This document shows positions 8,735 through 18,812 of a stretch of DNA of 64,000 nucleotides, in pieces. The translations under genes were made by a program, and so were the position numbers. Every line of letters begins with the position of its first letter. The stretch's first letter is position 1. The DNA lies in assembly GCA_002737365.1 (NCBI GenBank), contig NSIL01000013.1:3540-67539 (forward strand), given 5' to 3'. A model generated the notes under the pieces. That model worked only from the letters and a program-made list of their open reading frames with translations, made no database searches and was not told the origin of the DNA. This DNA comes from Acidobacterium sp. Lineage in GTDB: Bacteria; Acidobacteriota; Vicinamibacteria; Vicinamibacterales; UBA2999.

Positions 8735-9787
8735 ATGACTTACGGCGGTTCTCGCCGTCCGGATCTGGCTGCCCGCCTGCGTCGTGGCCAGCGCGCGCTC
8801 AAGGGCCGTCTCGAACGGCCTGAGTCCGTCCTGGCCCTACTTCGCGCCGCACACGACACGCTCGACCCCGAAAGCATCGGCCGACTCGTGGTGGCCCGTG
8901 CGGACGAGTGGTTCAAGGCGCCCGCGTGCGGGGTGTTTGCCGCTGATCTTGACGGACACGTCGTGGACCTGTGGTCAAAGGGCATGGGGTCGGCGCTCAC
9001 GCCCGCGGCGATTGGTGTGGCGCGCTGGGTGTTGGCGTACGGGCGAGAACTTGCGTCAGCTGACCTCCGGAAAGACTCAAGGGCGGCCGGCGCGGCTGGG
9101 GCGGTGCTGGCCTGGCCGTTGCGATGCCGGGCCCAGATGGTCGGGGTGCTAGTGATGGCAGAGCGACAGGTGTCAACACAGGTGCCGCACCTGACGCCGG
9201 CCGTGGGCCAACTGCTGGGAGTCATGCTCGAGGGGCCGGCGCTGGCGCTCGACAACGCCTTGCGGCTGCGGCGGTCCGAAGCGCTGTCGGTCACCGACGA
9301 CCTGACGCAGCTCTACAACTCGCGGTACCTCAACCAGGTGCTGCGGCGCGAAGCCAAGCGCGCGTCGCGTTCGGGGCGGCCGCTGTCGCTGCTGTTCCTG
9401 GATTTGGACGGCTTCAAGGGCGTCAACGATAACCACGGTCACCAGGCCGGCAGTACGGCGCTGGTGGAAGCCGCCGCAGTGATTCGGCGGTGTGCCCGTG
9501 AAACGGACATGGCGGCGCGTTTCGGTGGCGACGAGTTTGCCATTATTCTGCCCGACACCGGGTCGGAGGGTGCCGCGGCGGTAGGCGAGCGCGTCCGGGA
9601 ACGACTCGCGGCTCATCTGTTCCTGGCGGGGAGTGGGTTGAACTTGCGACTGACCGCATCGGTCGGGGTGGCGACATTGCCCGACATGGCGGCTTCGGCT
9701 GAAGAGTTGGTGCGAGCGGCCGATATGGCGATGTACCAGGTAAAAGATTCGGGTAAAAACGGGGTTCGCATCGCCCAAGCCGAGTAG
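8735..9787 (+). CDS. GAF-domain diguanylate cyclase (GGDEF) with an intact I-site
   Basis: The C-terminal half has DLTQLYNSRYL, FLDLDGFKGVNDNHGH and RFGGDEFAIILP (active GGDEF), with RETD five residues upstream (RxxD I-site). The N-terminal ~150 aa look GAF-like. Confidence 0.85.
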   Translation: MTYGGSRRPDLAARLRRGQRALKGRLERPESVLALLRAAHDTLDPESIGRLVVARADEWFKAPACGVFAADLDGHVVDLWSKGMGSALTPAAIGVARWVLAYGRELASADLRKDSRAAGAAGAVLAWPLRCRAQMVGVLVMAERQVSTQVPHLTPAVGQLLGVMLEGPALALDNALRLRRSEALSVTDDLTQLYNSRYLNQVLRREAKRASRSGRPLSLLFLDLDGFKGVNDNHGHQAGSTALVEAAAVIRRCARETDMAARFGGDEFAIILPDTGSEGAAAVGERVRERLAAHLFLAGSGLNLRLTASVGVATLPDMAASAEELVRAADMAMYQVKDSGKNGVRIAQAE

Positions 9788-10843
<1,056 letters not shown>

Positions 10844-10869
10844 GACGGGGTCCGCCCCGCGATAGCCCC

Positions 10870-11715
10870 ATGGCTCTGGTCGACATCACCCAACGGCCCG
10901 GCGTGCTGCTCGGCGCGGCCATCCTGCTACACGTGGTCCTGATCTCCGCCCAGGTCAACACCGGATCCGGCTTGCCAATACTGCAGGTGGTGACCTTCGG
11001 CGCGTTCGCCGAGGTGCAGCGCGGTACCATGGCGCTGGTCGCCGGCGGGCGGAATTTCTGGTTCGGCTACATCGCCCTGCACCAGGTGCACCTCGAAAAC
11101 GAGGCGCTGAAGCGCGAACTGCAGACGCTGCAGGTGCGGCTGCAGCACGAGCATGCGCAAGCGCAGCGCACCGACAACCTGCGGCAGCTCCTCGAGTTGC
11201 GTGAGCGCGCCAATCTCGATACCACGGCCGCGGACATCATTGCCGCCTCGGGCTCACCCGAGTTCCGCACCGTCACCATCGACAAGGGCACCAACGATGG
11301 GCTCGCCACCGACATGGCTGTGATTTCTCCGGCCGGCGTGGTCGGCCGCGTGATCTTACCGAGCCGCCGCGCCTCGAAGGTGCAGTTGCTAATCGATCGC
11401 AACGCCGCGGCTGGCGCGCTGATCGAGCGCACGCGGGTGCAGGGCGTGGTGGAAGGGTTCGGCGACGGTTCGCTCCGCCTTGAGTACGTGCCGGGCAGTT
11501 CCGATGTCAAGCCCGGCGACCTGGTGGTGACCTCGGGCATCGACGGCATCTATCCCAAGGGATTCGTGATCGGGACCATCGAACAGGTGGGTCCCGGCAG
11601 CGGGGGCTATCACCAGATCACGGTTCGGCCGGCCGTCGATTTCACGCGGCTCGAAGAAGTGCTGGTGGTGCGCACGCCGGCGGCGAACCGCGAGGCCCCC
11701 GAGGGTAAGCAGTGA
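10870..11715 (+). CDS. mreC: Rod shape-determining protein MreC
   Basis: It lies directly after mreB. It has an N-terminal anchor, a coiled-coil (ENEALKRELQTLQVRL) and a C-terminal LVVTSGIDGIYPKGFVIGTI block. Confidence 0.9.
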   Translation: MALVDITQRPGVLLGAAILLHVVLISAQVNTGSGLPILQVVTFGAFAEVQRGTMALVAGGRNFWFGYIALHQVHLENEALKRELQTLQVRLQHEHAQAQRTDNLRQLLELRERANLDTTAADIIAASGSPEFRTVTIDKGTNDGLATDMAVISPAGVVGRVILPSRRASKVQLLIDRNAAAGALIERTRVQGVVEGFGDGSLRLEYVPGSSDVKPGDLVVTSGIDGIYPKGFVIGTIEQVGPGSGGYHQITVRPAVDFTRLEEVLVVRTPAANREAPEGKQ

Positions 11716-12218
11716 AGATCCTTGGCGCCGGGCTGGCCATCCTGATGGCGCTCGCCCTGCAAACTACCTTGGCCGGACTGGTTATTCGCGGCACGGCCGC
11801 CATCGACCTGGTGCTGATCGTCGTGGTTTACATCGCCCTCAAGGCCGGACCGGTGCCTGGCTTGGTAGCCGGCACGGTGGCCGGGCTGGTGCAGGACGCG
11901 CTGTCAAATCCCATCCTGGGGATTGGTGGCCTGGCCAAGACCATCGTCGGCTTCCTGGCCGGCGTGCTGGCGACCCAGTTCATCCTGACCGGCCCGCTCC
12001 CACGGCTGGTGATGCTGGTCATGGCCACGGTGGTCCATGCCGCGATCTTCATGGGGCTCTACGTCTTGCTGGACCTGCGCCAGTTCCCGAACCCCGTCCC
12101 GTCGGTCATTGGGCAGGCCCTGGGGAACGGCTTCGTCGGGGTGGTGTCCTTCCAGCTGATCGAGTGGCTGCCGGGCTTCGTAGACCGGCGTCGCGCCAGA
12201 CGGCCTTTGAAGCGATAA
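11712..12218 (+). CDS. mreD: Rod shape-determining protein MreD
   Basis: The GTG start overlaps the mreC stop (GTGA). It is a polytopic 168-aa membrane protein in the conserved position. Confidence 0.8.
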   Translation: MKILGAGLAILMALALQTTLAGLVIRGTAAIDLVLIVVVYIALKAGPVPGLVAGTVAGLVQDALSNPILGIGGLAKTIVGFLAGVLATQFILTGPLPRLVMLVMATVVHAAIFMGLYVLLDLRQFPNPVPSVIGQALGNGFVGVVSFQLIEWLPGFVDRRRARRPLKR

Positions 12219-12259
12219 TCAACTGTTGTCATTGTCACCGCTGACCCTGAACTGACCGA

Positions 12260-14164
12260 ATGGCCATTGCTGAAGACCGTCGCCGCCTCACCACCCGGCT
12301 CGCCGTGCTGCGGGTGTCGACGGCGGCTGCGTTCGGCCTGCTGGCGTGCGGATTCTGGTTCTTCCAAGTGGTGCAACACGCCAAGTTCAAGGAGATGGCG
12401 GAGAACAACCACCAGCGAACGCTGCCGCTGCGCGCCCCGCGCGGCATCATCTTCGACCGCGCCGGCCGGTTGCTGGTGGACAACCGCAACTCCTTTAATA
12501 TTTCGATCGTTCGCGAACACACCAAGGACATCGACCGCACCATCCGTGTGCTGGCGGCGGTGACCGGCGTCGCCGAAAAGATGGTGCGCGAGATCGTCGA
12601 TCGGCAGCGCCGCGAGCCGAGCTATCGCCCGATCGTCATCATCCCGGACGCCACGCTCGCACAGGTTGCGGCCGTGACCGCACGCCGGTTGGACTTCGAG
12701 CTGCCGGACGTGCTCGTTCAGGAAGTGCCGACCCGCGAGTATCCCGATCAGGCGATGGCCGCGCACCTGATTGGCTACGTCGGTGAGGCCAGCGAAGAGC
12801 AGGTGTCTGCCGATCATTTGGCGAGCGGATCGATCGTCGGGCAGTTCGGGATTGAGCGGGTCTACAACAAGCTGCTGATGGGCGAGGACGGCGCGCGCCG
12901 CGTGGTCGTCAACAGCGTCGGCCGCGAAATCCGCACGCTCGAAGAAGTGAAACCCGTGCAGGGCCGGCGTGTGCAACTGGCGATCAACTCGGCGATGCAG
13001 AAGGCCGCGGAAGAAGCGTTCCGTGCCTATGGCTACTGGGGATCAGCGGTGGTGCTCGAGCCCAAGGGCGGCGACGTGCTGACGCTGACCAGCCTGCCGG
13101 CATTCGACCCCAACGATTTCGCAACCGGCATCGATCGCGCCACGTGGAGCCAGCTCAATACCGACAAGCTGCGGCCGCTGCAGAACCGGGCCATCCAGGG
13201 CCGCTACTCACCCGGCTCGACCTTCAAGGTGCTGCTCGCGACGGCCGCGCTCGAAGAAGGGGTCATCACGCCGGAGCAGCAGATTTTCTGTGCGGGGGGT
13301 GGCACCTTCTATGGCCGCTTCTTCCAGTGTCTTGGCAAACACGGCTGGATGGACATGCGGCACGCCATCGAGAAGTCATGCAACACCTACTTCTACACCG
13401 TCGGTGACATGCTGGGCATCGATCGCATCCACAAGTGGGGCGAGCAGCTGGGGCTCGCCGGCAAGAGCGGCATCGACCTGCCCAACGAGGTCGAGAGCAT
13501 CGTGCCCTCGCAGGAGTGGAAGCGCAAGCGCTTCAACGAGAAGTGGTACGCCGGTGACACCATCTCCGTGGCGATCGGCCAGGGCATGGTCGACGTGACG
13601 CCGATGGCGCTGGCCGTGATGATGGCCACCGTCGCCAATGGCGGCACGCGCGTGGTGCCGCGGCTGGTCAAGGCCTACGATGAAGGCAATGGCTGGCAGC
13701 CCGTGGCGGTGCCGCCGAATCCGTACCCGCCCGTCCTCTTGAAGCCCGCAACGATTGCCGCGGTTCGCGACGGGTTGTGGATGGTGGTGAACGGCGCCGG
13801 CACCGGGCGACGGGCCATGGTGGCGGGCCGCGAGGTGGCGGGCAAGACCGGCACGGCGCAGGTGATTTCACTGCAGGGCAGAGAGCGCGCTCGAGGCAAG
13901 ACCGAGCAGGACCTGCGCGACCACGGCTGGTTCGTGTTCATGGCGCCCAAGGACAATCCCGAGATCGCCGGCGTCGTCTTCGCGGAGCACGGCGAGCACG
14001 GCTCCTCCAGCGCGATGGTTGCGCACCACGTGATCGAGACCTATTTCGCACAGCGCGACGGCCTGCCGCTGCCCCCGGTACCGGTGCCGCCGGTCACGAC
14101 CCCGGCCACGCCCGCCCCTGCTCGCGCGGTGGCCACGGTCGGCCCGGCCGGAGGGACGCGCTAA
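12260..14164 (+). CDS. mrdA: Penicillin-binding protein 2 (elongasome transpeptidase)
   Basis: It has PRGIIFDRAGRLLVDN, the SPGSTFK (SxxK) motif, an SCN motif region and a KTGTAQ (KTG) motif, and sits between mreD and rodA. Confidence 0.95.
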   Translation: MAIAEDRRRLTTRLAVLRVSTAAAFGLLACGFWFFQVVQHAKFKEMAENNHQRTLPLRAPRGIIFDRAGRLLVDNRNSFNISIVREHTKDIDRTIRVLAAVTGVAEKMVREIVDRQRREPSYRPIVIIPDATLAQVAAVTARRLDFELPDVLVQEVPTREYPDQAMAAHLIGYVGEASEEQVSADHLASGSIVGQFGIERVYNKLLMGEDGARRVVVNSVGREIRTLEEVKPVQGRRVQLAINSAMQKAAEEAFRAYGYWGSAVVLEPKGGDVLTLTSLPAFDPNDFATGIDRATWSQLNTDKLRPLQNRAIQGRYSPGSTFKVLLATAALEEGVITPEQQIFCAGGGTFYGRFFQCLGKHGWMDMRHAIEKSCNTYFYTVGDMLGIDRIHKWGEQLGLAGKSGIDLPNEVESIVPSQEWKRKRFNEKWYAGDTISVAIGQGMVDVTPMALAVMMATVANGGTRVVPRLVKAYDEGNGWQPVAVPPNPYPPVLLKPATIAAVRDGLWMVVNGAGTGRRAMVAGREVAGKTGTAQVISLQGRERARGKTEQDLRDHGWFVFMAPKDNPEIAGVVFAEHGEHGSSSAMVAHHVIETYFAQRDGLPLPPVPVPPVTTPATPAPARAVATVGPAGGTR

Positions 14165-15249
14165 TGTTCGAGCGCCGGCTGTATCACCACATCGACTGGG
14201 CGCTGATCGGCGCGGTCGGCGCGATTTGTGCGATCGGCCTGGCCATGATCTACAGCACCACGGGCGGCGCCGGATCCGTCTACTGGACGCAGGTCTACGC
14301 GCTGGGGTTGGGCGCGATGGCGCTGGTGTTGTGCCTGACATTCGACTATCGCTCGCTGGCGGACAAGTCACACTTTTTCTACCTGGCCATGGTGATCGCC
14401 CTGGTCGGCGTGCTGTTCTTCGGTGCCGTGCGTGGCGGGTCGCGGCGGTGGCTCGATCTGGGCGCTTTTAACCTGCAGCCCTCGGAATTCGCGAAGGCGA
14501 CGCTGGCGCTGATGCTCGCCAAGATGCTCGGCGAAGAGCGCCGCTCGGCGCTCACGAATACCGACCTCGCGATCGCGATCGTGCTCACGCTCGTGCCCTT
14601 TCTCGCCATCGCGCGACAGCCCGACCTGGGCACCGCGGTGACGCTGCTGCCGATCCTGCTGGTGGTCGCCTTTGTCGCCGGCATGCCGATGAGATACGTC
14701 TACACCATGGTGCTGCTGGCCGTGCTGGCAGCGCCGATCGCCTACAAGTTCGGACTGCAGGACTACCAACGGGAACGCATTTCCACCTTCCTCGATCCGG
14801 CGCAGGACCCCCGTGGCGCCGGCTATCAGCAGATTCAGGCTCGCATCACCGTCGGCTCCGGCGGCGTCTGGGGCAAAGGCTATCTGGAGGGGACGCAGGG
14901 ACAGCTGCGGTTTCTTCCCGTCGCGCACAATGACTTCATCTTCTCGGTGCTCGCCGAGGAGCAGGGGTTGGTCGGCGTGCTCGTCGCACTCGGGCTGTAC
15001 CTGTTTGTGATTATGCGCGCGCTCGATGCGGCCCGGCTCGCCAAGGACCGACTCGGCGCCTATCTTGTCCTGGGCGTGCTTTCCTCGTTTACGTTCCAGG
15101 TTGTCTACAACATCACCATGTCGGCGGGTCTGGCGCCGGTCAAGGGGCTCACGCTGCCGCTCATGAGTTACGGCGGCTCCTCCATGATCGCGACGCTCAC
15201 CGGGTTCGGGCTCATCCTCAATGTGCGGATGCGCCGCTTCACGAACTAG
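14164..15249 (+). CDS. rodA: SEDS-family peptidoglycan polymerase RodA
   Basis: This is the track ORF 13777..15249 trimmed to the ATG at 14164, which overlaps the mrdA stop (TAATG). It has MFERRLYHHIDWALI, NLQPSEFAK, PDLGTA, HNDFIFS and LTLPLMSYGGSS. Confidence 0.93.
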   Translation: MFERRLYHHIDWALIGAVGAICAIGLAMIYSTTGGAGSVYWTQVYALGLGAMALVLCLTFDYRSLADKSHFFYLAMVIALVGVLFFGAVRGGSRRWLDLGAFNLQPSEFAKATLALMLAKMLGEERRSALTNTDLAIAIVLTLVPFLAIARQPDLGTAVTLLPILLVVAFVAGMPMRYVYTMVLLAVLAAPIAYKFGLQDYQRERISTFLDPAQDPRGAGYQQIQARITVGSGGVWGKGYLEGTQGQLRFLPVAHNDFIFSVLAEEQGLVGVLVALGLYLFVIMRALDAARLAKDRLGAYLVLGVLSSFTFQVVYNITMSAGLAPVKGLTLPLMSYGGSSMIATLTGFGLILNVRMRRFTN

Positions 15250-15279
15250 CGCCGACATGAATCCCAAGAGATCCCGTTC

Positions 15280-16926
15280 ATGAACAAAGAAATGATCATC
15301 GCCTCGAATGGCCACGAAACCCGGGTCGCCATTCTCGAGGACGATCAGCTCGCTGAGCTGTTCGTCGAACGCGAGCAGCATCGCGGCGTCGTCGGCAACG
15401 TCTACAAGGGCCGGGTCTCGAAAGTCCTGCCGGGTATGCAGTCGTCATTCGTGGACATTGGTCTCGAACGCGACGGCTTCCTCTATGTCTCCGACGTCAT
15501 CGCCAACCTTGATGAGTACGACAAGGACGACGACGACGACGGTGCCAAGGGGACGAAGGGTGCCACTGGTGCCGGCGGTGCCGAGGCCGGGGGTGCCAAT
15601 GGTGCCGAAGCCGGCGCGGAAGGCGCGGCACCGGCCGAGCGGCGCGGCCGCGGCCGCGGTGGCCGCGGCGATCGCGACGAGGGTAAGGAACGCGCGCCCG
15701 AGCCGAAGATCGAAGAGCTGCTGAAGGAAGGCCAGGATGTCATCGTCCAGGTGGCCAAGGAGCCGCTCGGCACCAAGGGTGCGCGCCTGACCTGCCACGT
15801 CACGCTGCCAGGGCGCTTCCTGGTGTTCATGCCGACGGTGGACCACATCGGCATCTCGCGCAAGATCGACAGTCGCGACGAGCGCACGCGCCTGCGCGGC
15901 ATCGTCAAGGAATTCCGCGACCAGCATCACTTCAACGGCGGTGTGATCATCCGGACCGCCGCCTCGAACCGGTCGAAAGACGACATCCTGGCCGACCTGA
16001 ACTACTTCTACAAGATTTGGGTCGAGATGCGGCAGCGCGGCGAGCAGAAGCGCTCGCCGGTGACCGTCTACCAGGAGCCGAGCCTGGTGGCCAAGCTGCT
16101 GCGCGACCTGCTGACCGACGATTACTCGGCTATCCGCATCGACCACGCCGGCGAACACCAGCGCGCGCTCGAGTTCATCGGCCGCATCATGCCGAGCCTG
16201 GCGCCACGGGTGAAGCTCTACGACAAGGACTTCCCGATCTTCGACGAATACGGCGTGCAGGCCGAGCTCGACAAGGCGCTGCGCAGCAAGGTGTGGCTCA
16301 AGTCAGGCGGCTCGATCGTCATCAACCAGACCGAAGCGCTGGTCGCGATCGACGTCAACACCGGCCGCTATGTCGGCAAGAAGACCGCCGGCCGGCTGGA
16401 AGACACCATCATCAAGACCAACCTCGAGGCAGCCGAGGAAATCGTCCGCCAGATCCGGCTGCGCGACCTGGGCGGCATCATCGTCTGCGACTTCATCGAC
16501 ATGGAGGAGAAGAAGAACCGCCTGAAGGTGTTTGGGACGGTGGAGCAGGAGCTGCGCAAGGACCGCGCGCCGTCCAAGGCCCTGCAAGTCTCGGACTTCG
16601 GCCTGGTCATCGTGACGCGTAAGCGCGTCAAGCAGAGCCTGGAGCGCGTGCTGACCGAGCCCTGCCCGTATTGTTCGGGCGCCGGCACCATCAAGTCGAG
16701 CGCCACGGTGTGCTACGAGATCCTGGCAGAGGTGAAAAAGGTGGGGGCGGACCTCGACGGCCCCGGCGTGCTGCTGCGCGTCAATCCCGACATCGCGCGG
16801 GCGCTGCAGGAAGAAGAGAAGGGCGTGCTGCGCGACTTGAAGGACCTGCTGCGCCGCGACATCATCGTCAAGCCAGACGTGCACCTGCATCACGAGCAGT
16901 TCGACGTGATGTCGATTGGGGGGTAA
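15280..16926 (+). CDS. rng: Rne/Rng-family ribonuclease (RNase G-like) with a low-complexity insertion in the S1 domain
   Basis: It has an S1 domain (GNVYKGRVSKVLPGMQSSFVDIG), a DNase-I-like/RNase E catalytic core (ALVAIDVNTG, GGIIVCDFIDM) and a CPYCSGAG zinc link. An acidic, Gly-Ala and Arg-Gly rich insert spans roughly aa 77-143. Confidence 0.9.
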   Translation: MNKEMIIASNGHETRVAILEDDQLAELFVEREQHRGVVGNVYKGRVSKVLPGMQSSFVDIGLERDGFLYVSDVIANLDEYDKDDDDDGAKGTKGATGAGGAEAGGANGAEAGAEGAAPAERRGRGRGGRGDRDEGKERAPEPKIEELLKEGQDVIVQVAKEPLGTKGARLTCHVTLPGRFLVFMPTVDHIGISRKIDSRDERTRLRGIVKEFRDQHHFNGGVIIRTAASNRSKDDILADLNYFYKIWVEMRQRGEQKRSPVTVYQEPSLVAKLLRDLLTDDYSAIRIDHAGEHQRALEFIGRIMPSLAPRVKLYDKDFPIFDEYGVQAELDKALRSKVWLKSGGSIVINQTEALVAIDVNTGRYVGKKTAGRLEDTIIKTNLEAAEEIVRQIRLRDLGGIIVCDFIDMEEKKNRLKVFGTVEQELRKDRAPSKALQVSDFGLVIVTRKRVKQSLERVLTEPCPYCSGAGTIKSSATVCYEILAEVKKVGADLDGPGVLLRVNPDIARALQEEEKGVLRDLKDLLRRDIIVKPDVHLHHEQFDVMSIGG

Positions 16927-16933
16927 CGGAGAG

Positions 16934-16984
16934 CTTGGGGCTTGGGACTTGTTGTTTCAAGCCTCAAGCCTCAAGTCGTTTTTA
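16934..16984 (+). terminator. Rho-independent terminator of rng
   Basis: CTTGGGGCTTGGGACTTG (16934-16951) pairs with CAAGCCTCAAGCCTCAAG (16958-16975). That is 17 of 18 positions including two G-U pairs, with loop TTGTTT, followed by TCGTTTTTA. Confidence 0.65.
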
Positions 16985-17431
16985 CATCGCGGCGGGCGGC
17001 ATGTGAATCAGGTAGCCGACACCGGCCCGGTTGATCCACACGCGCAGGTATTCGTTACCCTTCAGCATTTCGACCTTGGAGCCCGTGCGGGTCGACGCCG
17101 GTGCGTCGGGACCGGGCTGCAGATCCTTGGCTTCAGCGGCGGGGATAATGCTGACGACCTCGCGGCCGACGACCTTGCCACCCTGGACGAACTCGACCCA
17201 GCGTTCCATCGACTGGCCGGCCACCACGGGTGAGGCCGCCTGGGCAGTCAAACGGACCTGGTAGGTCGCGGCCTTCAGTGCCTTGCCGTCGGCCATCACG
17301 CTCCGGGGCAAGCTCACCGAACCGAGCGAGGCCTCGCCAGCCGGAACCTGGCCTTGCGGGGTGGTTTGCGCGGACACGACACCCGCTGTCAACACGGTCG
17401 CAAGCATTGCGACAAGAATCCTGACCTTCAT
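16982..17431 (-). CDS. Secreted hypothetical protein (149 aa)
   Basis: It has a Sec signal (MKVRILVAMLATVLTAGVVSAQ) and a strong SD (AGGAGGAGAACGC before the ATG). I recognise no family. Confidence 0.6.
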   Translation of the reverse strand: MKVRILVAMLATVLTAGVVSAQTTPQGQVPAGEASLGSVSLPRSVMADGKALKAATYQVRLTAQAASPVVAGQSMERWVEFVQGGKVVGREVVSIIPAAEAKDLQPGPDAPASTRTGSKVEMLKGNEYLRVWINRAGVGYLIHMPPAAM

Positions 17432-17510
17432 GCGTTCTCCTCCTGCGGCGATCCGGTGGATCGCCTTCGGTCTGCATTATGCCAGAAGCTTGCCATCACG
17501 CCCTACGGCT

Positions 17511-17569
17511 GTGGCGTCCGGCTTCAGCCGGACCGGAGTGGCAAAAGTCCGTCTAAAGGCGGACGCCAC
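17511..17569. repeat. REP-like structured extragenic element
   Basis: A 10-nt terminal inverted repeat, GTGGCGTCCG (17511-17520) and CGGACGCCAC (17560-17569), encloses two internal hairpins (CCGGCTTCAGCCGG; GTCCGTCTAAAGGCGGAC). It resembles palindromic elements that give ...SGFSRT..RLKADAT... pseudo-ORFs in GC-rich soil bacteria; that comparison is from memory and not verified. Confidence 0.4.
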
Positions 17570-17584
17570 GTGCCGAGCGACGAC

Positions 17585-17743
17585 TCACCACTTAGCCCCC
17601 GTCAGGCGGCTAGCCAGATTGTCGAGCCGGGTGGCGTGGTGTCGGTACAGCGCCTCGAACGCGGACCCATCCCCACCCCGAATGCGCTCGACCAGCTCGA
17701 GATCGGCGCTGGTCACGTCACTGAAGGGGTTAGACGGGGACAT
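17585..17743 (-). pseudogene. N-terminal fragment (52 aa) of an ECF-type sigma-70 factor
   Basis: My translation is MSPSNPFSDVTSADLELVERIRGGDGSAFEALYRHHATRLDNLASRLTGAKW*. The LVERIRGGD..AFEALYR.H..RL...A.RLTG pattern is the start of sigma region 2. The ORF stops before regions 2.2-4 and is followed by the REP-like element. Confidence 0.5.
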
Positions 17744-17784
17744 GGGGACGGAGGTTGATGCTTGCGCACGCCTTCACGGACGTC

Positions 17785-18108
17785 TCAAGTCGCCATAAGG
17801 TTCGGTTGGCACCCACCCTTCCAGTGCACTCGCGAAAAGCCTACCACCCGTCCCGGGGTAACGGTCAGGCCCTCGGCCGAGAGCAGGGACCGTTTGAGGG
17901 ACAAGCTGGAGTAGCCGCCCAGGCGGCCGCCGGCGGCCACGACGCGATGGTAGGGGAGGCCCGGCCGATCGGCCGTTCGCATGAGGTTACCGACCGCCCG
18001 TGCCGCGCGGGGCTTGCCCGCCATCCGGGCCACGTCGCCGTAGGTGGTGACCCGGCCCGGCGGGATGCGTGACACGATCAGCAGGACCTTGCGCTCGAAT
18101 GCGGTCAC
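17785..18108 (-). CDS. atl: Alkyltransferase-like (ATL) protein: MGMT DNA-binding domain without the catalytic cysteine
   Basis: VTTYGDVARMAGKPRAARAVGNLM....GLPYHRVV closely parallels E. coli YbaZ/Atl (VTTYGDVAKLAGSPRAARQVG...LPWHRVV). PYHRV replaces the PCHRV active site. The GTG start overlaps the upstream stop (GTGA). Confidence 0.85.
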   Translation of the reverse strand: MTAFERKVLLIVSRIPPGRVTTYGDVARMAGKPRAARAVGNLMRTADRPGLPYHRVVAAGGRLGGYSSLSLKRSLLSAEGLTVTPGRVVGFSRVHWKGGCQPNLMAT

Positions 18109-18803
18109 CGGCCAACCGTGATGCGTGCCCGGAAGCTGGTCCCTCCCAGGTCGTCTTCGCCGAACGTCTTCGACACGCCGCCGCTGCCGATCGCATCCGG
18201 GACCGCGGTCCAGGCAAACTCGCCGGCCACGCCGAGCCAGCGCGTCACCTTGAACTCCGCGCCGCCGCGCAGGTGATAGCCGCCAAACCGATCGTCGACG
18301 TCTTCAGCGCTGTCCGAGAACGTCGATGTTTCCGTGTAGCTGAGCGACGTGTAACCGCCCGCAACGTACGGAATCAGTTTCGGCAATTTGCGGATGCGGA
18401 ACTTCCAGCCCGCGCTGATCTCGATCGGGACGATGGTCACGTCGAGAGGAATGCCGAGCGGAATGACCTGGCCGTCGAGTACCAGCGCGCGCTCACCCGA
18501 CTCGGCGTACTGCCACGCGCCGAGGTCCACGAACAGGCCGCCCCACGGCAGGCCGACGGTGGCGCCGCCGCCAAAAATTGGGCCCGAGGTGGTGCCGAGA
18601 ATGGCGTCGAAGCTCTCGCTCGCGGCAAAGGAGAACTGTCCCATCAGGGCGTAGCCGCCAATCTCGACACTGCGCGAGCCCGAGGGCCGCGACGTTCGGG
18701 TCTGGGCCGCGGCGGTTCCCACGGTGACGAGCAGGAGTGCGATCGCGATGATGAAGGGTGAGCGACATGTCATGAACGAAGCCGTCGGTGTCAGCTGTGT
18801 CAT
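18105..18803 (-). CDS. Outer-membrane beta-barrel protein (OmpW/OmpA-barrel-like, 8-10 strands)
   Basis: It has a signal peptide ending TVGTAAAQ and alternating aromatic/Gly-rich amphipathic strands (GGYALMGQFSF, GGATVGL, YVAGGYTSLSY, GYHLRGGAEFKV, LGVAGEFAWT). An alternative start is M11 at 18773. Confidence 0.7.
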   Translation of the reverse strand: MTQLTPTASFMTCRSPFIIAIALLLVTVGTAAAQTRTSRPSGSRSVEIGGYALMGQFSFAASESFDAILGTTSGPIFGGGATVGLPWGGLFVDLGAWQYAESGERALVLDGQVIPLGIPLDVTIVPIEISAGWKFRIRKLPKLIPYVAGGYTSLSYTETSTFSDSAEDVDDRFGGYHLRGGAEFKVTRWLGVAGEFAWTAVPDAIGSGGVSKTFGEDDLGGTSFRARITVGR

Positions 18804-18812
18804 CGGCGGCCC

